Below, piece by piece: positions 17,228 through 26,615 of a stretch of DNA of 64,000 bases. The notes under the pieces were generated by a model. It worked only from the letters and a program-made list of their open reading frames with translations. It ran no database searches and was not told where the DNA came from. A program made the translations under genes and the position numbers. Source of the DNA: Candidatus Saccharimonadales bacterium (GTDB lineage: Bacteria > Patescibacteriota > Saccharimonadia > Saccharimonadales > EFPC-124). Each line of letters opens with the position of its first letter. Position 1 is the stretch's first letter. Where the stretch lies: contig DASTDY010000070.1 in NCBI GenBank assembly GCA_035710125.1, forward strand, positions 25,396-89,395. Reading direction: 5' to 3'.

Positions 17228-19237
17228 CTATGCATTTACTACGTAATCAAAATTCAACATAGAGCCGCCTTGTAAAGCTTTGCGAGTTGATACGGTAAAA
17301 CTACTTGTACTACGTGCTGAAACGTACAGATCTGCAGAAACGGGCGAGTGATCATTAATAGAAATTGCTAGCGGAATGGCAGCGTAAGGCCTAGAAAAGG
17401 TAACTGTTGCGATCGTCCCAGGCTCGGTAGGACTAGGACGGACAGCTGCGTTAATGTTGCCGGCAATGTCGCGAACCTGCACGCCCGGGTTTGCATAGCT
17501 TACTTGAGTACCGACAGTTACTCGAGCAGGAGTGCCTACGGCAATTGGCCGTCCATTTGAATCAAAAGCCTGACCTTGAATGTTATTAGCTTCATCCTGG
17601 AATTCCAGCAAACGGTTAGTGGCATTACTAGTAGGCCTCACAATCGCCAACCCTCTGTCGCCCTCCGATGCTGCTTTTACAAGTATTGCTACGCCAGTGA
17701 ATGGCTCTGTATTTATACCCACGTAACCCTTTGTGCCCTCAACTTGGAACTTACCACCAGCAAAGCGTGCCGCGCCGTTTGCACCTATAACACGCCATTT
17801 TTCGGCGGTATAATTGTCGGAATAGCCGGTTAAATCCGTTGAATTAGCAATATTAAGCGCTGGACGCGTGCCCGTATTATCGACTTTTATTAGATCTTTT
17901 TTGGTAATATGCGAGCTAACAATAAAGGAACCACTGGCATCAATTGGCACCTCTACGCCTTCTCTCGGGCTTTGCACCATAACCGTACTAACATCGCCTA
18001 TAGTTAACCTGCCACGGTTGGTTACGTTACAAGACACAATCACGTCAGTGCTGCCTGGCTCGGCAATTATAGCTGCCTGCACAGGATCGCCGGTGGGGTA
18101 AAAAGTACTAAGCTTGTAGTACATATGCGGGCCGCTTTTATACACATGCACCAAAGAGTTTGCCAGCGTGACTTCAAACCCCCATTGCACGTACACGTCT
18201 GTCATAAAAATGTGCGTACCGTAGTCATCGATGGCATCGATTGGTTTTGCAGTGATGGGCAGAGCGGCCATAATGGCGATATATAATTGGTTTACAAAAA
18301 CAATAGTGGTGCCGTCCATAATCTGCATGACAGGACCAGCGCAAAAACGGGTTTCCATTTTGCAAGAAGTAAAAAAGACCCCGTTAAGTTTTCTGGGTGA
18401 CCCATTAGCTGCGCCATCCATTTTAATTGCCCCATAGCGAAAGCTCTCCCAGCGACAGCCTGTAAAGTAAATTTGGTTCGTATTATCGTTGCTGTAACCA
18501 AATTGCCCTGGCGGCTGAGTGTTGCGGAGCAGCACGGCAGCTTCAGTCTCTGTACCGCAATTCTCCCAAATACACTCTAAAAAACGCGTATCCCATGTTT
18601 CAATAAGGTCGGTTGATACCCCCTTGCAATATACAAAATGAAGGTCCGAAAAGGTGCTGCTATCGGCATAGTAGGACCGAAGCAGGACACCCGGGGTGCG
18701 ATTACCATTGAGCGTCATGTTAGCCACGGTACTGTACCGCAAATGCCCCGTCATAGAGGCGGTGCCACTGGCATCAATAAGGGGTTCGTTACCACTAATA
18801 CGCACGAGACGGGTACCCCACCGTGCATCCCCGGCAATTCTTGTGCCAGATTTTTTAATTTTTAACCCGCGGACCATGAACGTGCCTTCTGGAATCTGAA
18901 TATTACCGCCGTTTCCTGCGGCATCGATGGCCGCCTGAATAGCGTCCGTATCATCGGTTACGCCATCGCCTTTAGCGCCAAAATCCCGCACGTTAATTTC
19001 GTTGGTCGACCTCCATATAAGGTCGGTTCCATTATTGGACAATATTGGGGTTTTAATTACGGGATCGGACGGTCGGTTAATAGTACGCAAATCTTTTAGG
19101 CCAACGGTTGCAGCTAGATGGCCGACTTCTTTTGTTGCCCTGGGCGTGCCATCGGGATTGTGCGCTACAAGCAAAAATTCATTAAGAATTTGGGCCCATG
19201 TATTGACGTCGCCACCGGGCTTAGGAAGTCTTGCCAT
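17228..19237 (-). CDS. Pectate-lyase-superfamily right-handed beta-helix protein (Pectate_lyase_3-like), phage tailspike/depolymerase-like; no signal peptide
   Basis: INVRDFGAKGDGVTDDTDAIQAAIDAAGNGGNIQIPEGTF is the hallmark N-terminal motif of the pectate lyase superfamily / tailspike depolymerases. The remainder is a long beta-rich, G/N/T-rich region consistent with a parallel beta-helix. Confidence 0.6.
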   Translation of the reverse strand: MARLPKPGGDVNTWAQILNEFLLVAHNPDGTPRATKEVGHLAATVGLKDLRTINRPSDPVIKTPILSNNGTDLIWRSTNEINVRDFGAKGDGVTDDTDAIQAAIDAAGNGGNIQIPEGTFMVRGLKIKKSGTRIAGDARWGTRLVRISGNEPLIDASGTASMTGHLRYSTVANMTLNGNRTPGVLLRSYYADSSTFSDLHFVYCKGVSTDLIETWDTRFLECIWENCGTETEAAVLLRNTQPPGQFGYSNDNTNQIYFTGCRWESFRYGAIKMDGAANGSPRKLNGVFFTSCKMETRFCAGPVMQIMDGTTIVFVNQLYIAIMAALPITAKPIDAIDDYGTHIFMTDVYVQWGFEVTLANSLVHVYKSGPHMYYKLSTFYPTGDPVQAAIIAEPGSTDVIVSCNVTNRGRLTIGDVSTVMVQSPREGVEVPIDASGSFIVSSHITKKDLIKVDNTGTRPALNIANSTDLTGYSDNYTAEKWRVIGANGAARFAGGKFQVEGTKGYVGINTEPFTGVAILVKAASEGDRGLAIVRPTSNATNRLLEFQDEANNIQGQAFDSNGRPIAVGTPARVTVGTQVSYANPGVQVRDIAGNINAAVRPSPTEPGTIATVTFSRPYAAIPLAISINDHSPVSADLYVSARSTSSFTVSTRKALQGGSMLNFDYVVNA

Positions 19238-19413
19238 ATATACTCTCCCACATTTTCTTGATTGGCGTCATCAAAAAAACTTAGTTCTGTTAAGTAATAG
19301 CATGCTCACTATAATACAAAGTCATTAGATAATCATTAAGCAACCAATGCTATAAAGGTAGTCATTTTGCTAATGGCAAATAGCGTCGGAACCTAGCGCA
19401 CCAAGCTTTGGCG

Positions 19414-20544
19414 CTAATGCTGTTCCAAAGCATTCCTAAAAGAATAGTAAGCTTGCTTCGGCCGGTATGCATCATCGAACATCAGCGGCCGTGCGCCCAC
19501 AGTTGAAGGGCCCATGTAGTTATACCATGTCTCTTTGTCCGTTATACCAAGCAGGGCAAAACTATGGCACACTTTGGATTCAATACATGCGCGCATCATA
19601 TTGTAGTAGATATCTCCGGCAATCTTGTCTTTTGTAGCATTATCAGCTGGGATGGCGCTCATATTCACATCGAACTCGGTTACGTATACCGCAACCCCTA
19701 AAGCAGCAAAGCGTTGCATGTTACCAATGACTTCTCGTTTATCGGGAACATGGGTACCGTCAATATGCATTTGCATGCCAATGCCATCGATCGGTACACC
19801 ACGCGCTTTTGCATCTTTAATGTACTGATACATGGCATCAGAAATAGGATTGTAATGTTCATTATTGAAGTCATTTAAAATTAACCGGGCATTTGGGTCA
19901 GCTTGGCGGGCCGCTATGAATGCTTGGTCTATATATTCAGTGCCACCACCGGTATGATCAGCCCACCAATCACTGAGTCCATTAAGGTGTTGACTGCGCG
20001 TGAATGCTTCGTTGACAACCGACCATTGTTTAATTTTTCCCTTGTAACGCCCAACAACGGTAGCAATATGGGCGTCCATAATGCTACTAAGCTTAGCCTT
20101 GTCGTAATTACCGTTTTTTAGCCATTCGGGCAACCACTTATCTTCGCCCCACAGTAAATGGTGTGCCTCGATAGACATAGTATGTGTCTGTGCATAGGCC
20201 ACAACTTCGTCCATTTGCTTAAAATTGTAGGTGGTTTCGCTTGGCCTTAGGCCTCCATCCGTAAAATACCAATTAGGCGTGTTGTCAGCCAAGACAAAAT
20301 CGAACTGGGTCGTGAGGATATGGCGATAAAGTGGGTCGTCCATTTGGTTCAGGATGGCAAAATTGCCCAGTTCTATGCTATGTCGGGCAGCTAATTCCTT
20401 AAGTGGCGGCGACACAAGCGGGAGTGGCGGCGGCCCATTGTGAATCATCGCCCAGTAGAAACAAACGAACACAAAAAAAGATGCTATACCTATAGGAATT
20501 ACCAGTTTCTTCCACCTTAGACGAACCTGGGAGTAAAATGCCAT
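19414..20544 (-). CDS. Glycoside hydrolase family 10-like (endo-beta-1,4-xylanase-like) with N-terminal TM anchor
   Basis: WSVVNEAF (acid/base Glu in the VNE context) and VYVTEFDVN (nucleophile Glu in the TE[LF]D context) in a (beta/alpha)8-compatible spacing. N-terminal TM LVIPIGIASFFVFVCFYWAMI. Confidence 0.55.
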   Translation of the reverse strand: MAFYSQVRLRWKKLVIPIGIASFFVFVCFYWAMIHNGPPPLPLVSPPLKELAARHSIELGNFAILNQMDDPLYRHILTTQFDFVLADNTPNWYFTDGGLRPSETTYNFKQMDEVVAYAQTHTMSIEAHHLLWGEDKWLPEWLKNGNYDKAKLSSIMDAHIATVVGRYKGKIKQWSVVNEAFTRSQHLNGLSDWWADHTGGGTEYIDQAFIAARQADPNARLILNDFNNEHYNPISDAMYQYIKDAKARGVPIDGIGMQMHIDGTHVPDKREVIGNMQRFAALGVAVYVTEFDVNMSAIPADNATKDKIAGDIYYNMMRACIESKVCHSFALLGITDKETWYNYMGPSTVGARPLMFDDAYRPKQAYYSFRNALEQH

Positions 20545-20775
20545 ACCTCTATTATAAAGCGTATGCGCCTAAAGACCTATCTTGCGATACCATCGATCCA
20601 TTGACATATTTTAATTTCCTGTTATCGTCTGCCTACTTCGTGAATGAAAGTTCCAGATGAATTAGGTTAGAACGTGTCAGCACTGGATCGGGAAAGATCG
20701 GGCGCTTCACACTTTATGCCTAATTTTTCAAGTTCACCTTTAATATATGGAAACCAGTTGTCTGTGCCCCGGCCA

Positions 20776-21477
20776 TCACCGTTGCCGTGCCGACCTTCTC
20801 TCCTGGGCTAGCATTTTAAGCAGTTCCACGGCTTTCGCCCTGTTTTTAATACCTTGTCCCACCGGAAAGTAGCAGGGTATAACCTCTCCGACTTCTGTTG
20901 GCATACTTTGGATCGTTCCCGTATCTAACATTGCCTCGTTCATTACGCCAAACTTTTGCTGTGTCTTTGTTCCAAGCTCGCGGAGTAGACCATCATACGT
21001 AAGCTGCCCAAAAACAATAATCCGCTCTGGTCGGATTTTGCGTAGTTCGTCAATAAGGAGTGGCGCATAAATTTTTACCTTCTCGCGCTCAGGGAGCTTC
21101 GCATCTAGCCCCGCCCATTTTACGATATTTGTAATGTATGCATCCTGGTTCGCAACATGGCTATATACATCTAGCGCAAACTGCTCTGACCAATTTGTTT
21201 TAGCATTCTGAATAGACCGGTTCAGCTCATCGCCAATTAAGCCTGCATCTGCAAAAAGTTGCCAAATGTTAGCGCAGCCAATCCAGGGCGCTTTTAGGCC
21301 CTTCCAGTTAGGATCGGTAGATATATTGCGGTGGGTGGGATTTATAAAGACGAGTGCGAGATACGGGTTTTTAATCTGTCCTGCGCCAGAAATAGCATCG
21401 AGCGTATGGTCGCCGTAATATTGCTGGCTGATTTCTATAACTCGCTGGCTAATCTCTGGAACTTGTAACAATGGCAT
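20776..21477 (-). CDS. Uracil-DNA glycosylase superfamily protein (MUG/TDG-like)
   Basis: FINPTHRNIS (cf. GINPG), ANIWQLFADAGLIGDE (cf. NRFWKVIYQAGFTD of MUG), AYITNIVKW (cf. the LTNIVKC block) and IIVFGQLTYD (cf. ILGKQAYE). Assignment is from memory of family motifs. Confidence 0.45.
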   Translation of the reverse strand: MPLLQVPEISQRVIEISQQYYGDHTLDAISGAGQIKNPYLALVFINPTHRNISTDPNWKGLKAPWIGCANIWQLFADAGLIGDELNRSIQNAKTNWSEQFALDVYSHVANQDAYITNIVKWAGLDAKLPEREKVKIYAPLLIDELRKIRPERIIVFGQLTYDGLLRELGTKTQQKFGVMNEAMLDTGTIQSMPTEVGEVIPCYFPVGQGIKNRAKAVELLKMLAQERRSARQR

Positions 21478-21528
21478 ATTTACATGCTAACAGGCGGGGC
21501 GGCATTTTAGGTACACCCGCGATGATTT

Positions 21529-21562
21529 AGTCCGGAGTGCAAAATATTACACACTCCGGACT
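21529..21562. promoter_or_regulatory. 11-bp perfect inverted repeat (agtccggagtg-N12-cactccggact) in the divergent intergenic region between the MUG-like and PD40 genes
   Basis: Read directly. Its position in a divergent promoter region suggests an operator or attenuator rather than a 3' terminator. Confidence 0.3.
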
Positions 21563-21653
21563 AACACCTACTGCGCTCCGCGTACACCCCAATCGTCATT
21601 GGCAACTTAACCTGGTTAATCTTAATTATATTTTTGCCCATTATATTTTAGGC

Positions 21654-23057
21654 ATGAACACTACAAAGAAACATCGTAACAAAATAAAAATCACGGCTCT
21701 GCTATTTGCGGCGCTCATTTTACCTGCATCTTCAGCCGGAGCAAGCAGCTTGAGCACAAACTGGATAATGGCTGGCGTATGGGAAGGGCCGTCTGGGTCG
21801 CTCGCACACCATGCGCCGCAGCAAAGCCGCACCAATACCGTGACTGCAGATGGGCGGCTTGCCGTGTTTTGGTCGCAGGCAAATAACCTTGTGGCAGGGG
21901 ATACCAATAATTCGTCTGATATTTTTATATTTGACCGCACCACAAAGGTTACACAACGTGTGAACCTGGGCGCAGGCGGCACTCAAAGTAACGGGCATAC
22001 CCGCAATGTTACTATTTCTGCCGACGGACGATATATTGGTTTCACTACCGCTGCTACCAATACAGCAGTAGGGCCACAGTGCGTACCTGGACATGACTGC
22101 ACCTTTAGCGGCGTACTCGACCGCTCAACCGGCGCGATCACCGTAGGCAGCAAAGATAACAGCGGCCAGCTTATGCCAGTAACCTATGGCATACGGCCAA
22201 TTGTTACCATGCATACTGCGGTTATAAGCGGCGATGGCAAATCACTGCTTTTTAGCGCCACATCACCTTCAGAAAGAGCACCTGATATTTATGTAAGGAA
22301 CCTCGCAGCTAGCACTACCAAACAAGCTAATATTAGCGACCAAGGAATACGTAGCCAAGGAGGAGTGTACGACCCAACAATAAGCAACGATGGCCGCCAC
22401 GTAGCCTTTAGCACAGCATCGTCATTGGCAGCAGAAGATAACAACAGCCTTCCCGATGTCTACGTGCGCGATATGCTCCAGGCGAAAACTAAGGTGATAA
22501 GCCTTGAACATAATGGCACTTACCCAGTTGGCAATACCTCGGAATCGGCTGTTATAAGTGGGGATGGCCAATTTGTGGTATACAAGGCATACACCACAGG
22601 TCTACCAGGTAGCCCCAATGACATAAGTAATATTTTCTTATATAACACACAAAACGGTAGCACTAAACAAATTAGCAATGCCAAGTTCGGCGGGCGGCCA
22701 AACGGTTCTAGCTACAACCCAAGTATTTCGGCAGATGGATCACATATTACGTTTTTGTCTGCTGCCAGCAACCTTGTACGCGCAGACTTACATGATTCAT
22801 CAGACATAGATATTTTCTTGTATTACGGCAATGCTGGCATTACAAGGGCAATTAAATTACCACCCCGCACCGATGTAGAGATGTCTGTCATGGGGTCGCC
22901 TGTTATAAATGGCAACGGCAAAGCTATAACTTACCAGCTTTTTACCCGCTCAGCCAGCAACCAGGCGGCGAATGCGCATAATATTTACTTTAATTATGAC
23001 CCAGTATCATATATTCCTTTTTATGATCCGGGGGATATATTAGACTTGCTTCCGTAG
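21654..23057 (+). CDS. Secreted PD40 (WD40-like beta-propeller repeat) protein
   Basis: Signal peptide MNTTKKHRNKIKITALLFAALILPASSAGA. Repeated blocks ISADGRYIGFTT, ISGDGKSLLFSA, ISNDGRHVAFST, ISGDGQFVVYKA and ISADGSHITFLSA are typical of PD40 propellers. Start set at ATG 21654. Confidence 0.6.
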   Translation: MNTTKKHRNKIKITALLFAALILPASSAGASSLSTNWIMAGVWEGPSGSLAHHAPQQSRTNTVTADGRLAVFWSQANNLVAGDTNNSSDIFIFDRTTKVTQRVNLGAGGTQSNGHTRNVTISADGRYIGFTTAATNTAVGPQCVPGHDCTFSGVLDRSTGAITVGSKDNSGQLMPVTYGIRPIVTMHTAVISGDGKSLLFSATSPSERAPDIYVRNLAASTTKQANISDQGIRSQGGVYDPTISNDGRHVAFSTASSLAAEDNNSLPDVYVRDMLQAKTKVISLEHNGTYPVGNTSESAVISGDGQFVVYKAYTTGLPGSPNDISNIFLYNTQNGSTKQISNAKFGGRPNGSSYNPSISADGSHITFLSAASNLVRADLHDSSDIDIFLYYGNAGITRAIKLPPRTDVEMSVMGSPVINGNGKAITYQLFTRSASNQAANAHNIYFNYDPVSYIPFYDPGDILDLLP

Positions 23058-23113
23058 CACCTTTACAAGTATGCAAGTATGCGAATGTTAGAATATTATG
23101 CTAGAATATAGCC

Positions 23114-23614
23114 ATGTACGAGCGGCTATTCAAACTACAAGAAGAGACGTTAAAGGTTCTTGCCAACCAAAAACGGCTCGAAATTGTTCAACTCTTGCAA
23201 AATAAGGCGCTGACCGTCAGCGAAATGGTAGATATGCTGGGCGTACCCCAGGCTAACATTTCGCAGCACTTGAGTTTGCTACGGCAGGTACGAATCGTTA
23301 CTACCCGAAAGGATGGCCTTCGCGTCTACTACCATCTAAGCGACAAGCGCATCCTTGCCGTTGTCCGTGAGCTGCGCGGCTTTCTAAAGAACCAATTCGC
23401 CCATGAGCCAGAGATTACGCATATTAGCTCGCTCGATAACAATGTTTACCCAATTGTCCGTGACCCTGTCTGTGGTATGCGCATAAGCGCATCCGAAGCC
23501 TACTCCCGCGTCGAGCATGACGGCCACGTATATTACTTTTGCGCCAGTGGCTGCAAGCTACATTTCGAGCAGCATCCTAACCAGTATGTGCGTAAAGAAG
23601 CATTAACACGATAA
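23114..23614 (+). CDS. ArsR/SmtB-family HTH regulator fused to a C-terminal TRASH/YHS metal-binding domain
   Basis: N-terminal LKVLANQKRLEIVQLLQNKALTVSEMVDMLGVPQANISQHLSLLRQVRIV (ArsR wHTH). C-terminal DPVCGMRIS...GHVYYFCASGCKLHF with the C-x(19-22)-C-x3-C pattern of YHS/TRASH. Confidence 0.75.
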   Translation: MYERLFKLQEETLKVLANQKRLEIVQLLQNKALTVSEMVDMLGVPQANISQHLSLLRQVRIVTTRKDGLRVYYHLSDKRILAVVRELRGFLKNQFAHEPEITHISSLDNNVYPIVRDPVCGMRISASEAYSRVEHDGHVYYFCASGCKLHFEQHPNQYVRKEALTR

Positions 23615-23639
23615 ACTAAGAGAGTAGGAGGATATAAGA

Positions 23640-24071
23640 ATGACATTACAAAAAGAAACGATCTACGTAGGGATTATTGGGCTACTCGCCGGCATCATTA
23701 TTGCCGGTGCCATCGCCGTGGCAGCGGTCAACAGCAACAACCGTGGCATGATGAAAATGATGGGTATGGATACTTCGCAAATGAAAGATAACGATGCCGG
23801 CCATATGGGCATGTCTATGAACGATATGTCGAACGAGCTTAAAAATCGCACCAGTGACGATTTTGACAAAAACTTTGTAGCCATGATGATCGCCCACCAC
23901 CAAGGTGCAATAGATATGGCCAGGCTCGCAGAAACCCGCGCCAAGCACGATGAGGTTAAACAACTCAGCAAAGAAATCATTACAGCCCAAACAAAAGAAA
24001 TTGAAGCCATGAAACAATGGCAGCAGACTTGGGGCTACACCGAAAACAACAGCATGCACAACATGCACTAA
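23640..24071 (+). CDS. DUF305 family protein (copper-resistance associated), N-terminal TM
   Basis: FVAMMIAHHQGAIDMA matches the HHxGAIxMA signature of DUF305. Preceded by an AGGAGG RBS. Confidence 0.7.
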   Translation: MTLQKETIYVGIIGLLAGIIIAGAIAVAAVNSNNRGMMKMMGMDTSQMKDNDAGHMGMSMNDMSNELKNRTSDDFDKNFVAMMIAHHQGAIDMARLAETRAKHDEVKQLSKEIITAQTKEIEAMKQWQQTWGYTENNSMHNMH

Positions 24072-24086
24072 AAATAAGGGTTTGCA

Positions 24087-26078
24087 ATGGACCACTCTCA
24101 CCACGGCCACGATAACCACGACAAGCATGCTGGCCATAGTCCGAACATGTTTAAGCAGAAATTTTGGCTTAGCTTATTGCTAACAATCCCAACGCTTGTT
24201 TTTTCGCACACCGTCCAGGGTTGGTTTGGGGTGAGCTGGATGTTTGCCGGAAGTGAGTATATACCTGCTATTTTTGGTACAGCTATTTTCTTTTACGGTG
24301 GGCTTGTTTTTCTAAGGGGCGCCAAAACCGAACTGGCTAATAAGGCGCCTGGCATGATGACCCTCATTTCTATGGCCATTACCGTTGCCTTTGGGTATAG
24401 CTTGGCTGTAACGCTCAGCATTATTACTGGCATGGATTTCTGGTGGGAGTTGGCAACGCTTGTGACGATCATGCTGCTTGGCCACTGGCTCGAAATGGCG
24501 TCAGTAATGAGCGCACAGGGAGCACTCAACGAACTCGCCAAGCTGTTGCCAGATGAAGCCGAGCTAGTGAATGGCAATGATACCAAAAAAGTGCCTGTCG
24601 GCGACCTAAAGGTTGGCGACCTTGTTTTGGTTCGCCCTGGGGCACAAATCCCTACAGACGGAGAAGTTGTGCGCGGCGAATCCGACGTAAACGAATCCAT
24701 GCTCACTGGCGAATCCAAACCAGTCAAAAAGGTCACAGCGACGCAGGTTATTGGCGGCACGATTAACGGCAGTGGGTCACTCACCATAAAAATTACTAAA
24801 GTCGGCAACGACACCGCCCTTGCTGGCATAATGAAACTTGTTGCCGAAGCCCAAAGCAGTAAATCTAAGACCCAAATCCTTGCAGATAAAGCGGCTTTCT
24901 ATTTAACCTTTGTTGCCGTAGGCGCGGCCGCCATAACAGGAGTTGCCTGGGCTATTGCAGGGGAATCTGCCGGATTTATCCTTGAGCGCATTGTAACCGT
25001 GCTTGTTATTGCTTGTCCGCATGCGCTTGGTTTAGCCGTGCCACTTGTTACAGCTATCTCTACCACGCTGGCCGCGAGGAATGGCTTGCTTGTCCGGCAG
25101 CGAATGGCGCTCGAAGCGGCCCGCAACGTAGATGTTATTTTGTTCGACAAAACAGGTACCCTCACAAAAGGCGAACAAGGCGTGGTTGATATTGTGGCCG
25201 AAGGTGAAAAAAACAAACTCCTAACCCTGGCGGCGGCAGTCGAGGCTGAATCAGAGCATCCCATTGCCCGTGCCATCGTTGTATCCGCCAAAGGGCAGCG
25301 CCTGCAGATACCAAAGGTTGCCCACTTTTCTGCGCTGTCTGGTCGGGGCGCAACGGGTGTGGTCGACGGCAAAACAGTGTATGTCGGCGGGCCGCGCCTT
25401 ATTGAGGAACTGCAAGCCACCATGCCTAAAACCATTCGAGCGGCGTCCGATCAGGCTTCTGCAGATGGCAAAACGGTAGTTTACGTTATTCAAGGCAAAA
25501 CCGTTGGCGGCGCAATTATGCTCGCCGATGTTATCCGTGAGGAATCCCACGAAGCCATTGCCGGCTTGCACGCAATGGGCAAGCGCGTTGCTATGCTCAC
25601 TGGTGACGCCAAAGGCGTAGCCGCCTGGGTAGCAAAAGAGCTTGCCATTGATGAATTCTTTGCCGAGGTCCTGCCAGAGAACAAAGCCGAGGCCGTAAAA
25701 AAACTCCAGGCAGACGGCAGCAAGGTTGCCATGGTCGGAGACGGCGTAAACGACGCGCCTGCCTTGGCGCAAGCCGACATTGGCATCGCCATTGGCGCTG
25801 GCACAGATGTCGCAATCGAATCTGCTGGTATTGTGCTTATTAGCAGCGACCCTCGTGGCGTCGCCAAAATTGTGCGTCTGTCCCGCAGTACCTACCGCAA
25901 AATGCTGCAAAACCTGTGGTGGGCTACAGGCTACAATATGCTGGCTATCCCGCTCGCGGCTGGCGTGGTGGCGGCATTTGGGTTTATATTGTCGCCAGCC
26001 ATTGGTGCAGTCCTAATGTCGCTCTCGACCATTATTGTAGCCGTTAATGCGCAATTCTTGCGTAGGTCACGGCTCTAA
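24087..26078 (+). CDS. copB: Heavy-metal (copper) translocating P1B-type ATPase, CopB-like (His-rich N-terminus, CPH motif)
   Basis: MDHSHHGHDNHDKHAGH His-rich N-terminus. TGESKP, CPHALGLAVP (CPH), DKTGTLT, GDGVNDAPALAQAD and eight TM segments. Confidence 0.8.
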   Translation: MDHSHHGHDNHDKHAGHSPNMFKQKFWLSLLLTIPTLVFSHTVQGWFGVSWMFAGSEYIPAIFGTAIFFYGGLVFLRGAKTELANKAPGMMTLISMAITVAFGYSLAVTLSIITGMDFWWELATLVTIMLLGHWLEMASVMSAQGALNELAKLLPDEAELVNGNDTKKVPVGDLKVGDLVLVRPGAQIPTDGEVVRGESDVNESMLTGESKPVKKVTATQVIGGTINGSGSLTIKITKVGNDTALAGIMKLVAEAQSSKSKTQILADKAAFYLTFVAVGAAAITGVAWAIAGESAGFILERIVTVLVIACPHALGLAVPLVTAISTTLAARNGLLVRQRMALEAARNVDVILFDKTGTLTKGEQGVVDIVAEGEKNKLLTLAAAVEAESEHPIARAIVVSAKGQRLQIPKVAHFSALSGRGATGVVDGKTVYVGGPRLIEELQATMPKTIRAASDQASADGKTVVYVIQGKTVGGAIMLADVIREESHEAIAGLHAMGKRVAMLTGDAKGVAAWVAKELAIDEFFAEVLPENKAEAVKKLQADGSKVAMVGDGVNDAPALAQADIGIAIGAGTDVAIESAGIVLISSDPRGVAKIVRLSRSTYRKMLQNLWWATGYNMLAIPLAAGVVAAFGFILSPAIGAVLMSLSTIIVAVNAQFLRRSRL

Positions 26079-26083
26079 AAGCT

Positions 26084-26479
26084 TTAAGAGTCACCAAGTT
26101 GGCGGTGTAATCTTTTGACTTCGTCCTGTAATGAGTCGAGCTGTTTTTGTGCTGATTCGATTGTAGCTTGCTGCTCTTTTATGGCCTCTATGGCATAGGG
26201 CAGCAAGTCGTGGGTAGACATAACCTTGGCTGCTTCGCCGTGCCACACACCATCTTTAATTACATCAGGGAACAATTGTTCAACCTCTTGGGCAATAAAG
26301 CCGTATTGGGTTGTGTTGCTGTCACCACCGGCTTTCCATCGCCAGGTAACCGGCCTTAAAGAGAGTACTTTTTGGAGCACATCTTGCAGGGCGGTTACAT
26401 CTTTTTTAAGAACTAAGTCTGAACCGCCAGTTGGCATGTCTTGAAGCCGGACAACGCGAGTATGATCTATATTTTTCAT
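26084..26479 (-). CDS. Stand-alone peptidase S74-like domain protein (tail-fibre / endosialidase intramolecular chaperone domain)
   Basis: GSDLVLKKDV...LRPVTWRWK...QYGFIAQEVEQLFPDVIKDG...LLPYAIEAIKEQQATIESAQKQLDSL follows the canonical S74 chaperone-domain pattern (SDxxLKK ... YGfIAQEVe.vfPelV ... l.peLIeAIKeqq..I..L). Only 131 aa with no upstream fibre domain. Confidence 0.6.
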   Translation of the reverse strand: MKNIDHTRVVRLQDMPTGGSDLVLKKDVTALQDVLQKVLSLRPVTWRWKAGGDSNTTQYGFIAQEVEQLFPDVIKDGVWHGEAAKVMSTHDLLPYAIEAIKEQQATIESAQKQLDSLQDEVKRLHRQLGDS

Positions 26480-26615
26480 AACACCCCTTTACTATGTACA
26501 GCGTACGGTTTTAAAAAATTGTCCGAAAGCAGGAATTTTATGAATTATGACTACCTATAACTACAATCCGCATGCCGCCATAACAGATAGGTCTGTGTAA
26601 AACCTTGCGTACTAT

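Noticed and set aside
16900-21500. Calling an intact prophage or integrative element at tRNA-Glu
   Set aside because: There is no integrase, terminase, capsid or other phage structural or replication genes. Only a tailspike-like enzyme, a GH10 hydrolase and a glycosylase are present. Repeats flank only the tRNA, so this is at most a remnant.
26070-26095. Palindrome around the HindIII-like site between copB and the S74-domain gene as a terminator
   Set aside because: The stop codons of the convergent genes are only 5 nt apart, so the imperfect palindrome overlaps coding sequence and lacks a T-run.
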